DNA of 64,000 bases from Candidatus Saccharimonadia bacterium (lineage in GTDB: Bacteria > Patescibacteriota > Saccharimonadia > UBA4664), in NCBI GenBank assembly GCA_036488585.1, contig DASXHH010000009.1, forward strand, positions 64,399-128,398. The letters are read 5' to 3'. The first letter of the stretch is position 1. The number at the start of each line of letters is the position of its first letter. A program made the position numbers and the translations under genes. The notes beneath the pieces were generated by a model. The model saw only the letters and a list, made by a program, of their open reading frames with translations. It was not told the DNA's origin and searched no databases. Below are positions 29,287-37,807 of this stretch, piece after piece.

Positions 29287-29742
29287 ATGAAAGGTATTGC
29301 CACATTCTTAATGTTTGAGACAGGAGCCGAGGAGGCGGTGAATTACTACCTGCAGCAATTCCCGGACGCCAAGGTGATTAGCAAGCACGGTGAGGGCACG
29401 CCGCAATACATGGTCGAGTTTGAACTGCAGGGGCATCGGCTAATGGCCTACAACGGCGGGTCGGACGACTTTAAGTTCGCGCTTGGTACTTCCCTATTTA
29501 TTAACTGCGAAACCCAGGACGAGGTGGACCGGCTGTGGGAGAAGCTGTCTGACGGCGGAAGGCAGATGGATTGCGGCTGGGTGCAGGACCGCTGGGGCAT
29601 GTACTGGCAGATTTGTCCGACCGTGATGGCGAAATATCTACGCGACCCCGACCAGGAGAAGGCGGGTCGGGCCTTTAAGGCCATGCTGACGATGCAGAAG
29701 CTGGATATTGATAAATTAACCAAAGCCTACGAAGGCAAATAG
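29287..29742 (+). CDS. VOC family protein (PhnB-like)
   Basis: 151 aa with ...DCGWVQDRWGMYWQI, the hallmark of the 3-demethylubiquinone-9 3-methyltransferase-domain VOC family. Second paralog in the window. Confidence 0.7.
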   Translation: MKGIATFLMFETGAEEAVNYYLQQFPDAKVISKHGEGTPQYMVEFELQGHRLMAYNGGSDDFKFALGTSLFINCETQDEVDRLWEKLSDGGRQMDCGWVQDRWGMYWQICPTVMAKYLRDPDQEKAGRAFKAMLTMQKLDIDKLTKAYEGK

Positions 29743-29754
29743 AAAAGGAGACGC

Positions 29755-30231
29755 ATGATGCCTACGACCGCAAATTTCGTAGTTAATAAAGAAAATCACC
29801 AGGTAAAAATAACGCGAGAGTTCGAGGCGCCGCGCGAGAAAGTGTGGCGAGTGGTGAATGACCCTAAGCTGATCCCCGAATGGTGGGGGCCGGCACGGTA
29901 CGAGACCCGGGTAGATACGATGGACGTAGAACCGGGCGGTAAATGGCGGTTCGTGCACACCGGAGCCGACGGCGAGTTTGCCTTTAACGGTGAGTACAAA
30001 GAGGTGCAGGCTCCGGAGCGGGTGGTGATGACGTTTGAGTTTGAGCCGATGGCGGGACACGTCAGCACCCAAACCATGACTCTGACTGAGCTCCAGGGCG
30101 GCCGCACCAGGATGGACGTGCTAGTGCAATTCGAGAACCTGGCCGATTTGGAAGGAATGGTGGGTTCGGGCATGAAAGACGGACAGTTTGAGAGCTACGA
30201 CCGACTCGACAAAGTGCTGGAGACCAAATGA
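29755..30231 (+). CDS. SRPBCC family protein (AHSA1/activator of Hsp90 ATPase homolog-like)
   Basis: 158 aa with KITREFEAPREKVWRVVNDPKLIPEWWGP, typical of the AHSA1-like SRPBCC fold. Usually paired with ArsR regulators. Confidence 0.7.
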   Translation: MMPTTANFVVNKENHQVKITREFEAPREKVWRVVNDPKLIPEWWGPARYETRVDTMDVEPGGKWRFVHTGADGEFAFNGEYKEVQAPERVVMTFEFEPMAGHVSTQTMTLTELQGGRTRMDVLVQFENLADLEGMVGSGMKDGQFESYDRLDKVLETK

Positions 30232-31046
30232 GCACGGTGGCTTCAAAGGACGGCACCAAGATTGCGTTTGATAAGAGTGGCAGTGGGCCGGCGCTAATAC
30301 TTGTGAGCGGGGCGACCGGTTACCGGGATATGAGCTACGGCAACGAGCTAGTTAAGCTACTGGAACCGCACTTTACCGTGTTCGACTACGACCGGAGGGG
30401 CCGGGGTGAGAGTGGCGACACCCAACCGTTTGCACTAGAGCGGGAGATTGAAGATATCCAAGCCCTAATCCGTGAGGCGGGTGGTGAGGCGTTTGTATAC
30501 GGAATTTCATCCGGGGGAGCATTGGTGCTCGAGACGGCGCTGAAGTTAGGTCCGAATATGGTTAAAAGCATCGCGGTTTACGAGGCACCTTACGATGACA
30601 GCAAGGATGGCAATCAGTCCTTTATTGATTACTACCAGAATTTACAGATGGCGTTAAAAGCTGGCGACCGAGAGCGTGCAATTAAACTGTTTATGACGCT
30701 CGTGGGGGTACCGGAGCCAATGATAGAGGGCATGAAGCAGTCACCAATGTGGAGCCGGATGCTGTCGATCGCACCGACCCTGGCCTATGACGCTGAGGCG
30801 ATGGGCGGCCGGGCGGGCCGGGAGGTGCCAGTAGAAAAGATGCGTGAAATGAGGGTACCGGCGCTAATAATGGACGGCGAGGCCAGCCGGCAGCAAATGC
30901 CATTTATGGCGGATACGGCCGATAAGCTAGCGGCGGCCATCCCGGGTGCTAAGCGCCGCACTCTGCCGGGACAAACCCACGCGGTCGATGCTAAGGTGTT
31001 AGCGCCGGCGCTGATCGAATACTTTAGCGCCTTGGTATCCGCCTAA
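30228..31046 (+). CDS. Alpha/beta hydrolase fold protein
   Basis: 272 aa with nucleophile elbow GISSGG and an HGxxxS-like oxyanion region, plus a C-terminal His. Confidence 0.65.
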   Translation: MSTVASKDGTKIAFDKSGSGPALILVSGATGYRDMSYGNELVKLLEPHFTVFDYDRRGRGESGDTQPFALEREIEDIQALIREAGGEAFVYGISSGGALVLETALKLGPNMVKSIAVYEAPYDDSKDGNQSFIDYYQNLQMALKAGDRERAIKLFMTLVGVPEPMIEGMKQSPMWSRMLSIAPTLAYDAEAMGGRAGREVPVEKMREMRVPALIMDGEASRQQMPFMADTADKLAAAIPGAKRRTLPGQTHAVDAKVLAPALIEYFSALVSA

Positions 31047-31080
31047 ATTGGCATAGTGAAGCCCCGCCAAGTGTAGCGAG

Positions 31081-31123
31081 GCTTCAACCGGCGGACCTTT
31101 ATTGCGGGTCCGCCGGTTGAAGC
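31081..31123. terminator. Long bidirectional hairpin terminator
   Basis: gcttcaaccggcggacc-(9 nt)-ggtccgccggttgaagc perfect 17-bp stem between convergent genes. Confidence 0.55.
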
Positions 31124-31142
31124 GGCTGCCCCTGGCGGGGCG

Positions 31143-32303
31143 TTATTTGGGTGATGGCACCCAGATGATGTTGAGCGATGTGAGTTTGTCGCCATAGGCG
31201 CGCACCGTTGGACCGATAAAGTCGTCGGTGAACATCTTCTTGGCTTCAGCCTCGGCGCTCGCGATTACCTGCGAACTGATCACCCCGGAGGGAGTGCCGC
31301 TAACCATCTTCACGCCGTCGATCTTGACGGCCTGACCGGTGGCCAACGCGAAGGCGATCTGCTGCATTAGCTTGCCCATCTCGTCGTTCGAGAAATGGGG
31401 GTTGAGCAAGCCGCCGCAGCCGAAGCCGGGGTACGTCCAGGAGTGATCGGGCTTGCCGAACGTACCCGAGAGGGTGTTGTCGACACTCACCTGGTGCACA
31501 GTCGGCAGCGTGGGGGTAGGCAGAGCCAGACTCACGGTTACCTGATGGCCAATGCGGCGCATCACATAGTGGCCAGTGCTTGATGCCCACCAGTCAGACC
31601 CGGGATTGAGGCTGACGTAGGCCGAGGCGCTGGCCTGGGCGTGGTAGCCCTGGGAGTACCAGCACGGCCACGGCCCAATGTCATGTGAGGCCGTGCGCGT
31701 GAAGTCGAAGGCGAAGTTGGCCTGCCCGAGAGCTGGCTTGTCGACGCCTATGACTTGCTGCAGGATCGCTGGGCCGAGCATGTCGACCGAGTTAGTGCCC
31801 GCCGCAGTCTTAGCTGCGCCGTGAACCCAGCCCTCGACGATGCTGACCGGAGAGCGGAGGTGAAGGAACCGAGCGAAGGCAGAGCCTTCGAACAGTCCTC
31901 CCGCGATCTGCCAGGCCATTAGCAATGCCACGAACAGCGCAGCGAGCTTGAATACCCACTTGCCCGTGGTAAGCCAAAGAAACAGGCGGATCAAGCGGAC
32001 TCGCCGGGTGCTGCGGCCAGCGGGCTGGCGGCTAGGCCCTTGGGACCAGTCGCTGTAGCCCTGGTTCTGATAGCCCGGCGGGAATACCGTGGTCGGCTGA
32101 GCCGGCGGCGGCACGTACGCGGCCGGGACCGGGTACTGCGGATCCGCAGGCGGTGGCGACGCCGTAGGGCCCCCGGTACGCCAGGGCGGCGTAGTCGGTG
32201 GGGCCTGGGGCGGCGCGGGTGTCGGGTTGGTGCCTGGCCAGGTGGCGTCGGTACCGGGCTGGCCCGAGCCGCCACCATTGTATCGTGGGTCCTGGTAAAC
32301 CAT
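31143..32303 (-). CDS. Pro-rich membrane-anchored protein with extracytoplasmic domain
   Basis: 386 aa with about 100 aa of Pro/Gly/Tyr/Gln-rich cytoplasmic N-terminus, one TM helix and a C-terminal domain of about 250 aa of unknown family. Confidence 0.4.
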   Translation of the reverse strand: MVYQDPRYNGGGSGQPGTDATWPGTNPTPAPPQAPPTTPPWRTGGPTASPPPADPQYPVPAAYVPPPAQPTTVFPPGYQNQGYSDWSQGPSRQPAGRSTRRVRLIRLFLWLTTGKWVFKLAALFVALLMAWQIAGGLFEGSAFARFLHLRSPVSIVEGWVHGAAKTAAGTNSVDMLGPAILQQVIGVDKPALGQANFAFDFTRTASHDIGPWPCWYSQGYHAQASASAYVSLNPGSDWWASSTGHYVMRRIGHQVTVSLALPTPTLPTVHQVSVDNTLSGTFGKPDHSWTYPGFGCGGLLNPHFSNDEMGKLMQQIAFALATGQAVKIDGVKMVSGTPSGVISSQVIASAEAEAKKMFTDDFIGPTVRAYGDKLTSLNIIWVPSPK

Positions 32304-32370
32304 GGTGGTTCACCTCTTTCCTTCCATACACGAGTTGGCCCGGGTCCCACGAAGGAGACCCGGGCACGGT

Positions 32371-34830
32371 TTACAGATTGGACTGGCCTGACCCCGGAGG
32401 GTAGGCGATGATGCTGGCCATGCGTACGGGACTAATTCCGTTCGCACTGATGTTGGCACCCTCAGCGTAGGCTTTGAATGCCAACTCCAGCTCGGAGTTG
32501 GTCCACTCCGCACTCCTTGCGTTGATACCCACTTGCAGCGTGCGCCCGATGAACTGGTCAACGAGTAGCGGCAGGGAGTATTGGCGCAGGGTACTGGGGA
32601 CCTTGAGTTGTGCCAGGGCAGCGATGATCTGCCAGGGCACGCCGGTGGCCGATGACAGCCGCTTATAGACGGGACGACCAGCGGCAACGGCGGCCTTTGG
32701 GCCCTTGTCGTACGCTGCCATGTGCTTGAGAGACACGTTGACATGGTCCGCTACGACGAGCTTAACGGGAGCACCGGTTGGTTGACGGTAGGACATCAGC
32801 TGGGCCTGGGCCGGTGCACTGGGCACCGGGGACCCAACTGGAGCCTGGCGGGTACTGGTGGGAGCACTGGGAGTGCTCCTCCAGGGCGGAACAGCGACGG
32901 AACCGGCGCGCCAGGGTGGCGTGGGGTCCCTCCAGGGCGGGGTCTGGGTACCAGGCGTAATCGTCTGTGACCCGTTGCCCGCTGGGCTGACATCCGCGGT
33001 GAGCGCGACAAACGCCGGAGCCCCGAGACCACCAGTGTTGGTGGTCGGAGATGGCGCTGGCGGTGTCGGTGAGCCCTCCGGAGAGAGCATCGACGGTGCC
33101 AGCACATCGCCCGGAGTTAGGGTTTGGCCCGACGGTTGCCGCCCAGACCCGTGCTGCGGTGCCGACTGGTGGTCGGCTGAACCGTTGCTCGAGTGTTGGC
33201 TAGGAGTCTGCACCGGTGCTTGTGACGACTGGCCGCTGGAAGCGGGCATGTCGTTGAAGCGGTACAGGTTGAATGTCCGCATCAGCCCGATCAGGCTTTG
33301 ACCATAATTTGGATCCGTCGCGTAGACCCCGGTGAGGCCGTTGGCAAACGCGTCCGCGTCATGGTGGCCGGGCTGCCACTGCGCTAGAGCGGCACCGTAG
33401 TAACCGTTGTGCAACAGCGCGCCGTGATCGTCGATGCTCTCGGCGAAGTTGTGGTAGACGCGGAATTGCGCGTCGATCGTGACCCACTGGCCGCCCTGGA
33501 ATTCCTGGGTGGGCAGTGTAACGCTGCCGGCCGGGCCGGAGCCCTTGATGCCGAACAGGTTATTGTCGACGGACGAGAGACTGCTTTGGCCCCATGCTGA
33601 CTCGGTGATGGCCTGAGCGATGGTGACCGAGGATGGTACACCGAACTTGGCCTGAGCCTGCTGAGCACCCAACACCAGCGAGTTAATGAAATCCCGCTGG
33701 AACTGGGTGCCGATTTGTTGGACCGGCACCTGCGAAGAGCTCGAGGCCGGGCTGGCCGGCGCCTTGGGCCTTGCGGACCTGAGCGCTGGCGCTGGATTGT
33801 GCTTGGTGTACCGCGGCGTCTTCGGCTGGTCGGCGTGGAATTGGTCGGCATAGCCGGCACCAACCACGAGACTCGGAGCAGCGATACCCCCCGGCACGAC
33901 CGAGGTCGTCGGAGAGGCTGACGCGCCCTGAGAGCCACTGTCGGCCGAGGCTCCGGCGAAACCGGGAGCCGAGAGACCGCCAGCGACCGTCCAGTTGTCG
34001 TTCGACTGCTGGGCAGCCGATGACTGAGGCGTCTGCGGAACCTGTGGAGCCTGGTGAGGGTGGGTTTGCTGCCCGGTACCAGGGGCTGCCTGGTGGCCGG
34101 GCAGGGATACACCCTGCGGCAGGCTCATGTCGATGTAGCCGGTAATGCCGCTATCGAGCGGCCGGTGGTGATTGCCGAGGTCCGGACCATCGTCCGCACC
34201 AAAGACCGTGTCACCGGGACCGACCATAACAATGTGTTGCCCACCGTAGACCGCCAGATCGCCCGGCTCAGGCTGGTAGCCGTCGCCGACCGGGTGGTTA
34301 CGGGATTGACCGTTAATGGGGTTCTGGTCAGCCCACTGCATCCAGGAGCCGTCGCCGTCGACCCGCCAGATCACCCAGTCCTTGGTTTCAGGATACGCCT
34401 GGGGGACACGGGGATTGGATACCCAGTAAATGCCGAAGGCCTCCTCCACATTGTGGATCACGACCGACTGGGCTTGGGCGCACTGGGCGCCGTTATTGCC
34501 GTCGCCAGCATCACCCCACCATTGACTACGGCTGGGGTTGAGAGCCATCTCCCGCTGCCATTCGGCAATGAGAGCGGCCCGCCACCCTGCGTTGTTTTGC
34601 TGGGCACGGTACTGGGAGGCCGTCACGGTCTTCGTGACGTTGGCCATTGTGGCTGCGTCCAGCACCAGATTGGTGTTGGGCTGGGCGGCATCGGGCTGTA
34701 CAAAAGTGATGTCCTTCACGACTTGCTGCCCGGCAGTTACCCCGATGGTAACTACTGCCATGCCCGCAACGCCGCGATGGAATGCACTAATACTAGTGGG
34801 ACCCCTGGTCCCGGCATCGTGGTCGGCCAT
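32371..34830 (-). CDS. Bifunctional peptidoglycan hydrolase: CHAP domain + mannosyl-glycoprotein endo-beta-N-acetylglucosaminidase (glucosaminidase) domain, Pro-rich linkers, extra C-terminal domain
   Basis: Start at ATG 34830; the ORF track has TTG at 34923. N-terminal TM, then a CHAP-like Cys...His pair (NGAQCAQAQ...GDLAVYGGQHIVMV), then the glucosaminidase motif AQAITESAWGQSSLSSVDNNLFGIKG. Long PS/PT/PA-rich segments are present. Confidence 0.65.
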   Translation of the reverse strand: MADHDAGTRGPTSISAFHRGVAGMAVVTIGVTAGQQVVKDITFVQPDAAQPNTNLVLDAATMANVTKTVTASQYRAQQNNAGWRAALIAEWQREMALNPSRSQWWGDAGDGNNGAQCAQAQSVVIHNVEEAFGIYWVSNPRVPQAYPETKDWVIWRVDGDGSWMQWADQNPINGQSRNHPVGDGYQPEPGDLAVYGGQHIVMVGPGDTVFGADDGPDLGNHHRPLDSGITGYIDMSLPQGVSLPGHQAAPGTGQQTHPHQAPQVPQTPQSSAAQQSNDNWTVAGGLSAPGFAGASADSGSQGASASPTTSVVPGGIAAPSLVVGAGYADQFHADQPKTPRYTKHNPAPALRSARPKAPASPASSSSQVPVQQIGTQFQRDFINSLVLGAQQAQAKFGVPSSVTIAQAITESAWGQSSLSSVDNNLFGIKGSGPAGSVTLPTQEFQGGQWVTIDAQFRVYHNFAESIDDHGALLHNGYYGAALAQWQPGHHDADAFANGLTGVYATDPNYGQSLIGLMRTFNLYRFNDMPASSGQSSQAPVQTPSQHSSNGSADHQSAPQHGSGRQPSGQTLTPGDVLAPSMLSPEGSPTPPAPSPTTNTGGLGAPAFVALTADVSPAGNGSQTITPGTQTPPWRDPTPPWRAGSVAVPPWRSTPSAPTSTRQAPVGSPVPSAPAQAQLMSYRQPTGAPVKLVVADHVNVSLKHMAAYDKGPKAAVAAGRPVYKRLSSATGVPWQIIAALAQLKVPSTLRQYSLPLLVDQFIGRTLQVGINARSAEWTNSELELAFKAYAEGANISANGISPVRMASIIAYPPGSGQSNL

Positions 34831-35073
34831 TCCAGGCCCCTTTCTTGTCGAGTTGCTCAAGGGTCTCACCTTCTTTCGCGAATTTTCAAAGACCCTGGAT
34901 TGGATGGCTATAGGAGCCAGCAATCAGCCGTGATAACTTTCCACGACTTGCCTATTAGGCCCGGGGAACTGGACCGAACAAGCAGCTCGCGATAAGTTAC
35001 ACAAACCTACATGCGCTCGTCGGTTCCGGCGGGTGAAAGCAGGCCCATGCTTTACCACTCTAGCTTTGGCGTT

Positions 35074-35102
35074 ATCCTACCATCGATCTGGGAATATTGC
35101 AA
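35074..35102 (-). promoter_or_regulatory. Candidate promoter for the peptidoglycan hydrolase gene (TTGCAA-17-TAGGAT on minus strand)
   Basis: -35 at plus-strand 35102-35097 and -10 at 35079-35074, downstream of the terminator of the preceding gene. Confidence 0.3.
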
Positions 35103-35123
35103 GGAAACTTAGACATTAATAAC

Positions 35124-35200
35124 AAAAAAACCAGGTAGCCTTGAGGCTATTCCTGGATGATTGGGGTGGGCCGGGCCCGGGGATGTAAAACCCCGGGCCC
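35124..35200 (-). terminator. Tandem terminator hairpins after the 35206-36678 gene
   Basis: GC hairpin gggcccgggg-(8)-ccccgggccc at 35173-35200, then hairpin ccaggtagcc-ttga-ggcta(tt)cctgg at 35131-35156 followed on the minus strand by a U7 run (plus-strand A7 at 35124-35130). Confidence 0.55.
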
Positions 35201-35205
35201 GATCC

Positions 35206-36678
35206 TTACACCAGCAACTTCGCATGGTTCTTCTCGATCCAGGCTAGGGCGGCCTGGGCGTTCTTGTTACCCGGAGAGTCCGGGTTGGCGAAAAGGACCA
35301 TAGCGGCGTTGGCCGCGGTGTTGAGCACAGACTGATCGACCTTGGCCCCCTGGGTGGTTGCCCACTTGAGGTAAAGATCATGGACTAGGGCGATCTTGCC
35401 CTGGTCGGTCAGGTTCTGGCTGTGACAGACGACGACGCCATTAAGGTTTGTCGTCTTGGCCTCACCGGTGTACCGGGCGCAGTTGCTTGCGCTACTTTCC
35501 AGACCCGCTGTGGGCTGCGCCGCCGTTCCATCCACAAACGCGTTGAGGATGAGGGCGCCGACTTTGAGCGAGTCCTCTGGATCATTCCAGTGGAAAGCGT
35601 GGGTCAGACGCAGAGCAATGGCGTACTGCTGGGCCTCAGCGAGAGGCACCGGCAGCAACCCTTGCCGCGGCTGCGCGCCTTTCTGCGGCGGCTTTCCGAC
35701 GTAGTTGGGATTGTCGCCCGACGTCAGGTACGCCAACACCCAGAGGATGTTCTGACCATCGGCGCAGGCGAACTGGGGCGCTCCCGGAACGGCGGTGTTG
35801 GGATCCTTGCAGGCGGCCGCGGCCCAGGTCTTCACCTGAGAGACGCTGGCCGGGTAGCTAGGACCTCCGCCACGGAGTAGCGTCGTTGCCAGGCAGACCA
35901 TGACTACGATGGCTAGCACGGTCCCGATGAGCCCACTTCGCCCAAGCCAGCCACCCAGCTTCCTGGCCGCCCTAACTTGCGGCGGCTTAACAGAAGGAAT
36001 AACCGTGCCGACCTTAGTGGTGTCGTCGATCAGTACGGGGCGCCGGGAACGCGATGTGCGACCCCTCTTCTGACGTGAGTGTGTGTCGTCTTGGACGGGC
36101 CCCTCGGCCGAAGCCGGCGCATACTGGTGGTAGGCGCCGGTCAGCGGCCCGTCACCGAATGCGGCGGTCGGGTAACTGGGTCCGGCTGGGGAGTCGACCT
36201 GGGGTGGTGAGTACTCGTACCAGCCGGAGGCCGGTCCCGGTGGAGCCGTAAACGCGCCCGTGATGGGCGAGGACGGCGGCTGGGGACTGAACGCCGGTGG
36301 CTGCGGGGGCAGGTTGCGCGATTCCTGGGTGAACCTCGAAATCAAGGTATCCCAGATCTCGCTTCGCCGGGTCGCATGAGCCGCAATGTGCCCGCGAACT
36401 TCACCGAGCTCGACGAATACAGCATCGGTGCCGTCCTCGGGCGTAGGCTCAGCGCCGCCAAGTACGCGGAGGAGCCAGTTTTGGCGCGCATGGAGTTGGG
36501 CCAGGATTCCATCCAGGCCTTCCCTCATTTGCGTCTCAAGCGCCGAGTACTTGGCTCTCAAGTCGGACTCGGTGAGAACGACCACCTTCCGTTGCCGATC
36601 AAGAGCGAGCTCGAGGGCCTTGTACCTGGTCATCACCTCCGGGAGCGAAAGCGGGATTGCCCCTGGTGTTGTTTCCAT
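35206..36678 (-). CDS. Membrane-anchored protein with cytoplasmic coiled-coil and extracytoplasmic Cys-containing domain
   Basis: Start at ATG 36678 with GGAG 8 nt upstream. The N-terminal 110 aa are helical (coiled-coil-like), followed by a Pro-rich linker, one TM helix and a 220-aa outside domain of unknown family. Confidence 0.4.
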   Translation of the reverse strand: METTPGAIPLSLPEVMTRYKALELALDRQRKVVVLTESDLRAKYSALETQMREGLDGILAQLHARQNWLLRVLGGAEPTPEDGTDAVFVELGEVRGHIAAHATRRSEIWDTLISRFTQESRNLPPQPPAFSPQPPSSPITGAFTAPPGPASGWYEYSPPQVDSPAGPSYPTAAFGDGPLTGAYHQYAPASAEGPVQDDTHSRQKRGRTSRSRRPVLIDDTTKVGTVIPSVKPPQVRAARKLGGWLGRSGLIGTVLAIVVMVCLATTLLRGGGPSYPASVSQVKTWAAAACKDPNTAVPGAPQFACADGQNILWVLAYLTSGDNPNYVGKPPQKGAQPRQGLLPVPLAEAQQYAIALRLTHAFHWNDPEDSLKVGALILNAFVDGTAAQPTAGLESSASNCARYTGEAKTTNLNGVVVCHSQNLTDQGKIALVHDLYLKWATTQGAKVDQSVLNTAANAAMVLFANPDSPGNKNAQAALAWIEKNHAKLLV

Positions 36679-36880
36679 TATTCTCACTCCCTTCAGGAGT
36701 ATCTAGTAGGAAACGGGTGGCTTTTATTGCTGGTATGAACTTTTGAATGATCGGCAACGGAAACTAGCGGCGTGAGCCGCTCCTTTCCACCACTTTTCGT
36801 GATTAGAATACCATCATTCTGTCAGTTATGCAAATGCATTTTAGATAGCGCTACCAAGGGAAATTAGCTACCAGCCAAAG

Positions 36881-37258
36881 CTACAGCTTACGGATTTTAA
36901 TAATTACCCGGCGGTCACCCTCGCTTAGCCAGGGGTAGGGCTTGCCGAGATATTTCTGTGACAGCTTATTGATGTGCTCGCGAGCACCGTCCTCGGTGAT
37001 CTCGGCCACTTCACCGCGCAAACTGACTTTATCGTAGGGGTCGTCTTGGCTGACTGCCGCCAGGGCAACGCGTTTGTCGTGCTCGAGGTTGCGCGCTTTT
37101 ACGCGGTGGCGCTCGGTGTTAATTACCACCAGATCATCGCCTTCTACGTCTGCCCAGACCGGGGAGACTTGGGGTGAGCCGTCAGGGTTGAGAGTGGCAA
37201 CGAAGACGAAATTTTTGCCGCTTAAGATTTGACGCTCTGAGTCTGTGATCTTACTCAT
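36881..37258 (-). CDS. PPOX class F420-dependent oxidoreductase family protein
   Basis: 125 aa with NFVFVATLNPDGSPQVSPVW...LRGEVAEITE, typical of small F420/FMN split-barrel proteins. Confidence 0.6.
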   Translation of the reverse strand: MSKITDSERQILSGKNFVFVATLNPDGSPQVSPVWADVEGDDLVVINTERHRVKARNLEHDKRVALAAVSQDDPYDKVSLRGEVAEITEDGAREHINKLSQKYLGKPYPWLSEGDRRVIIKIRKL

Positions 37259-37366
37259 GTGGGGACTCCTTTTCTAGTAAACGATCATAGCGTTTTGGCA
37301 CTAGAATGGCAGGTTAAGTAGAATGTGCAGGCAACAGAGTGTTTATGCTTTTAGAAGAGCTAACTT

Positions 37367-37783
37367 TTACTTGGCCGGGCTGCTATCGCTTGCCCCGGTA
37401 AACGGCGGCAATTTGAGGAGGTTTCGAACCAGCGACATAACATCTGTGATAAGAACTTGTGACTTTACGAAATAGTCGTCGGCGCCGAGGTCCTTAGCCC
37501 GCTGGCGGTCACTGGCTTGCCCCAGCGCCGATAGCACAACGATCTTAGTGTTTCTGGTTTCGGCGGTATTCTTGAGAATATCGAGAACTTCGAAGCCAGA
37601 CAGCTTTGGCATCATGACGTCGAGCAGAATAAGATCCGGCTGAAAGTCCCTAGCCGCCTGAAGGGCATCTTCGCCATTTTGCACATGCTTTGTCTCAAGT
37701 CCCTCCGCCTCAAGGCGCATTTTGTAGAGACCAGCAAATTCCAAATCATCTTCTACTAGTAGGACTCGTCGTGGTGTATTCAT
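37367..37783 (-). CDS. Response regulator, receiver domain only (CheY-like)
   Basis: 138 aa REC with acidic pocket LLVEDD, phospho-acceptor Asp in ILLDVMMP, and conserved T/S and K. No output domain. Confidence 0.8.
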   Translation of the reverse strand: MNTPRRVLLVEDDLEFAGLYKMRLEAEGLETKHVQNGEDALQAARDFQPDLILLDVMMPKLSGFEVLDILKNTAETRNTKIVVLSALGQASDRQRAKDLGADDYFVKSQVLITDVMSLVRNLLKLPPFTGASDSSPAK

Positions 37784-37807
37784 ATAGACAATGCTACCAC
37801 AACGGGA

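Noticed and set aside
32040-34995. Multiple plus- and minus-strand ORFs (up to 313 aa) within the peptidoglycan hydrolase gene
   Set aside because: They are Arg/Pro/Gly-rich wrong-frame translations of a Pro-rich coding region. The hydrolase frame carries the CHAP and glucosaminidase motifs.
36848-36888. Three spaced copies of AGCTAC(C)A downstream of the PPOX gene as a possible regulator site
   Set aside because: The copies are short and imperfect. The third overlaps the stop codon, so they are likely chance.
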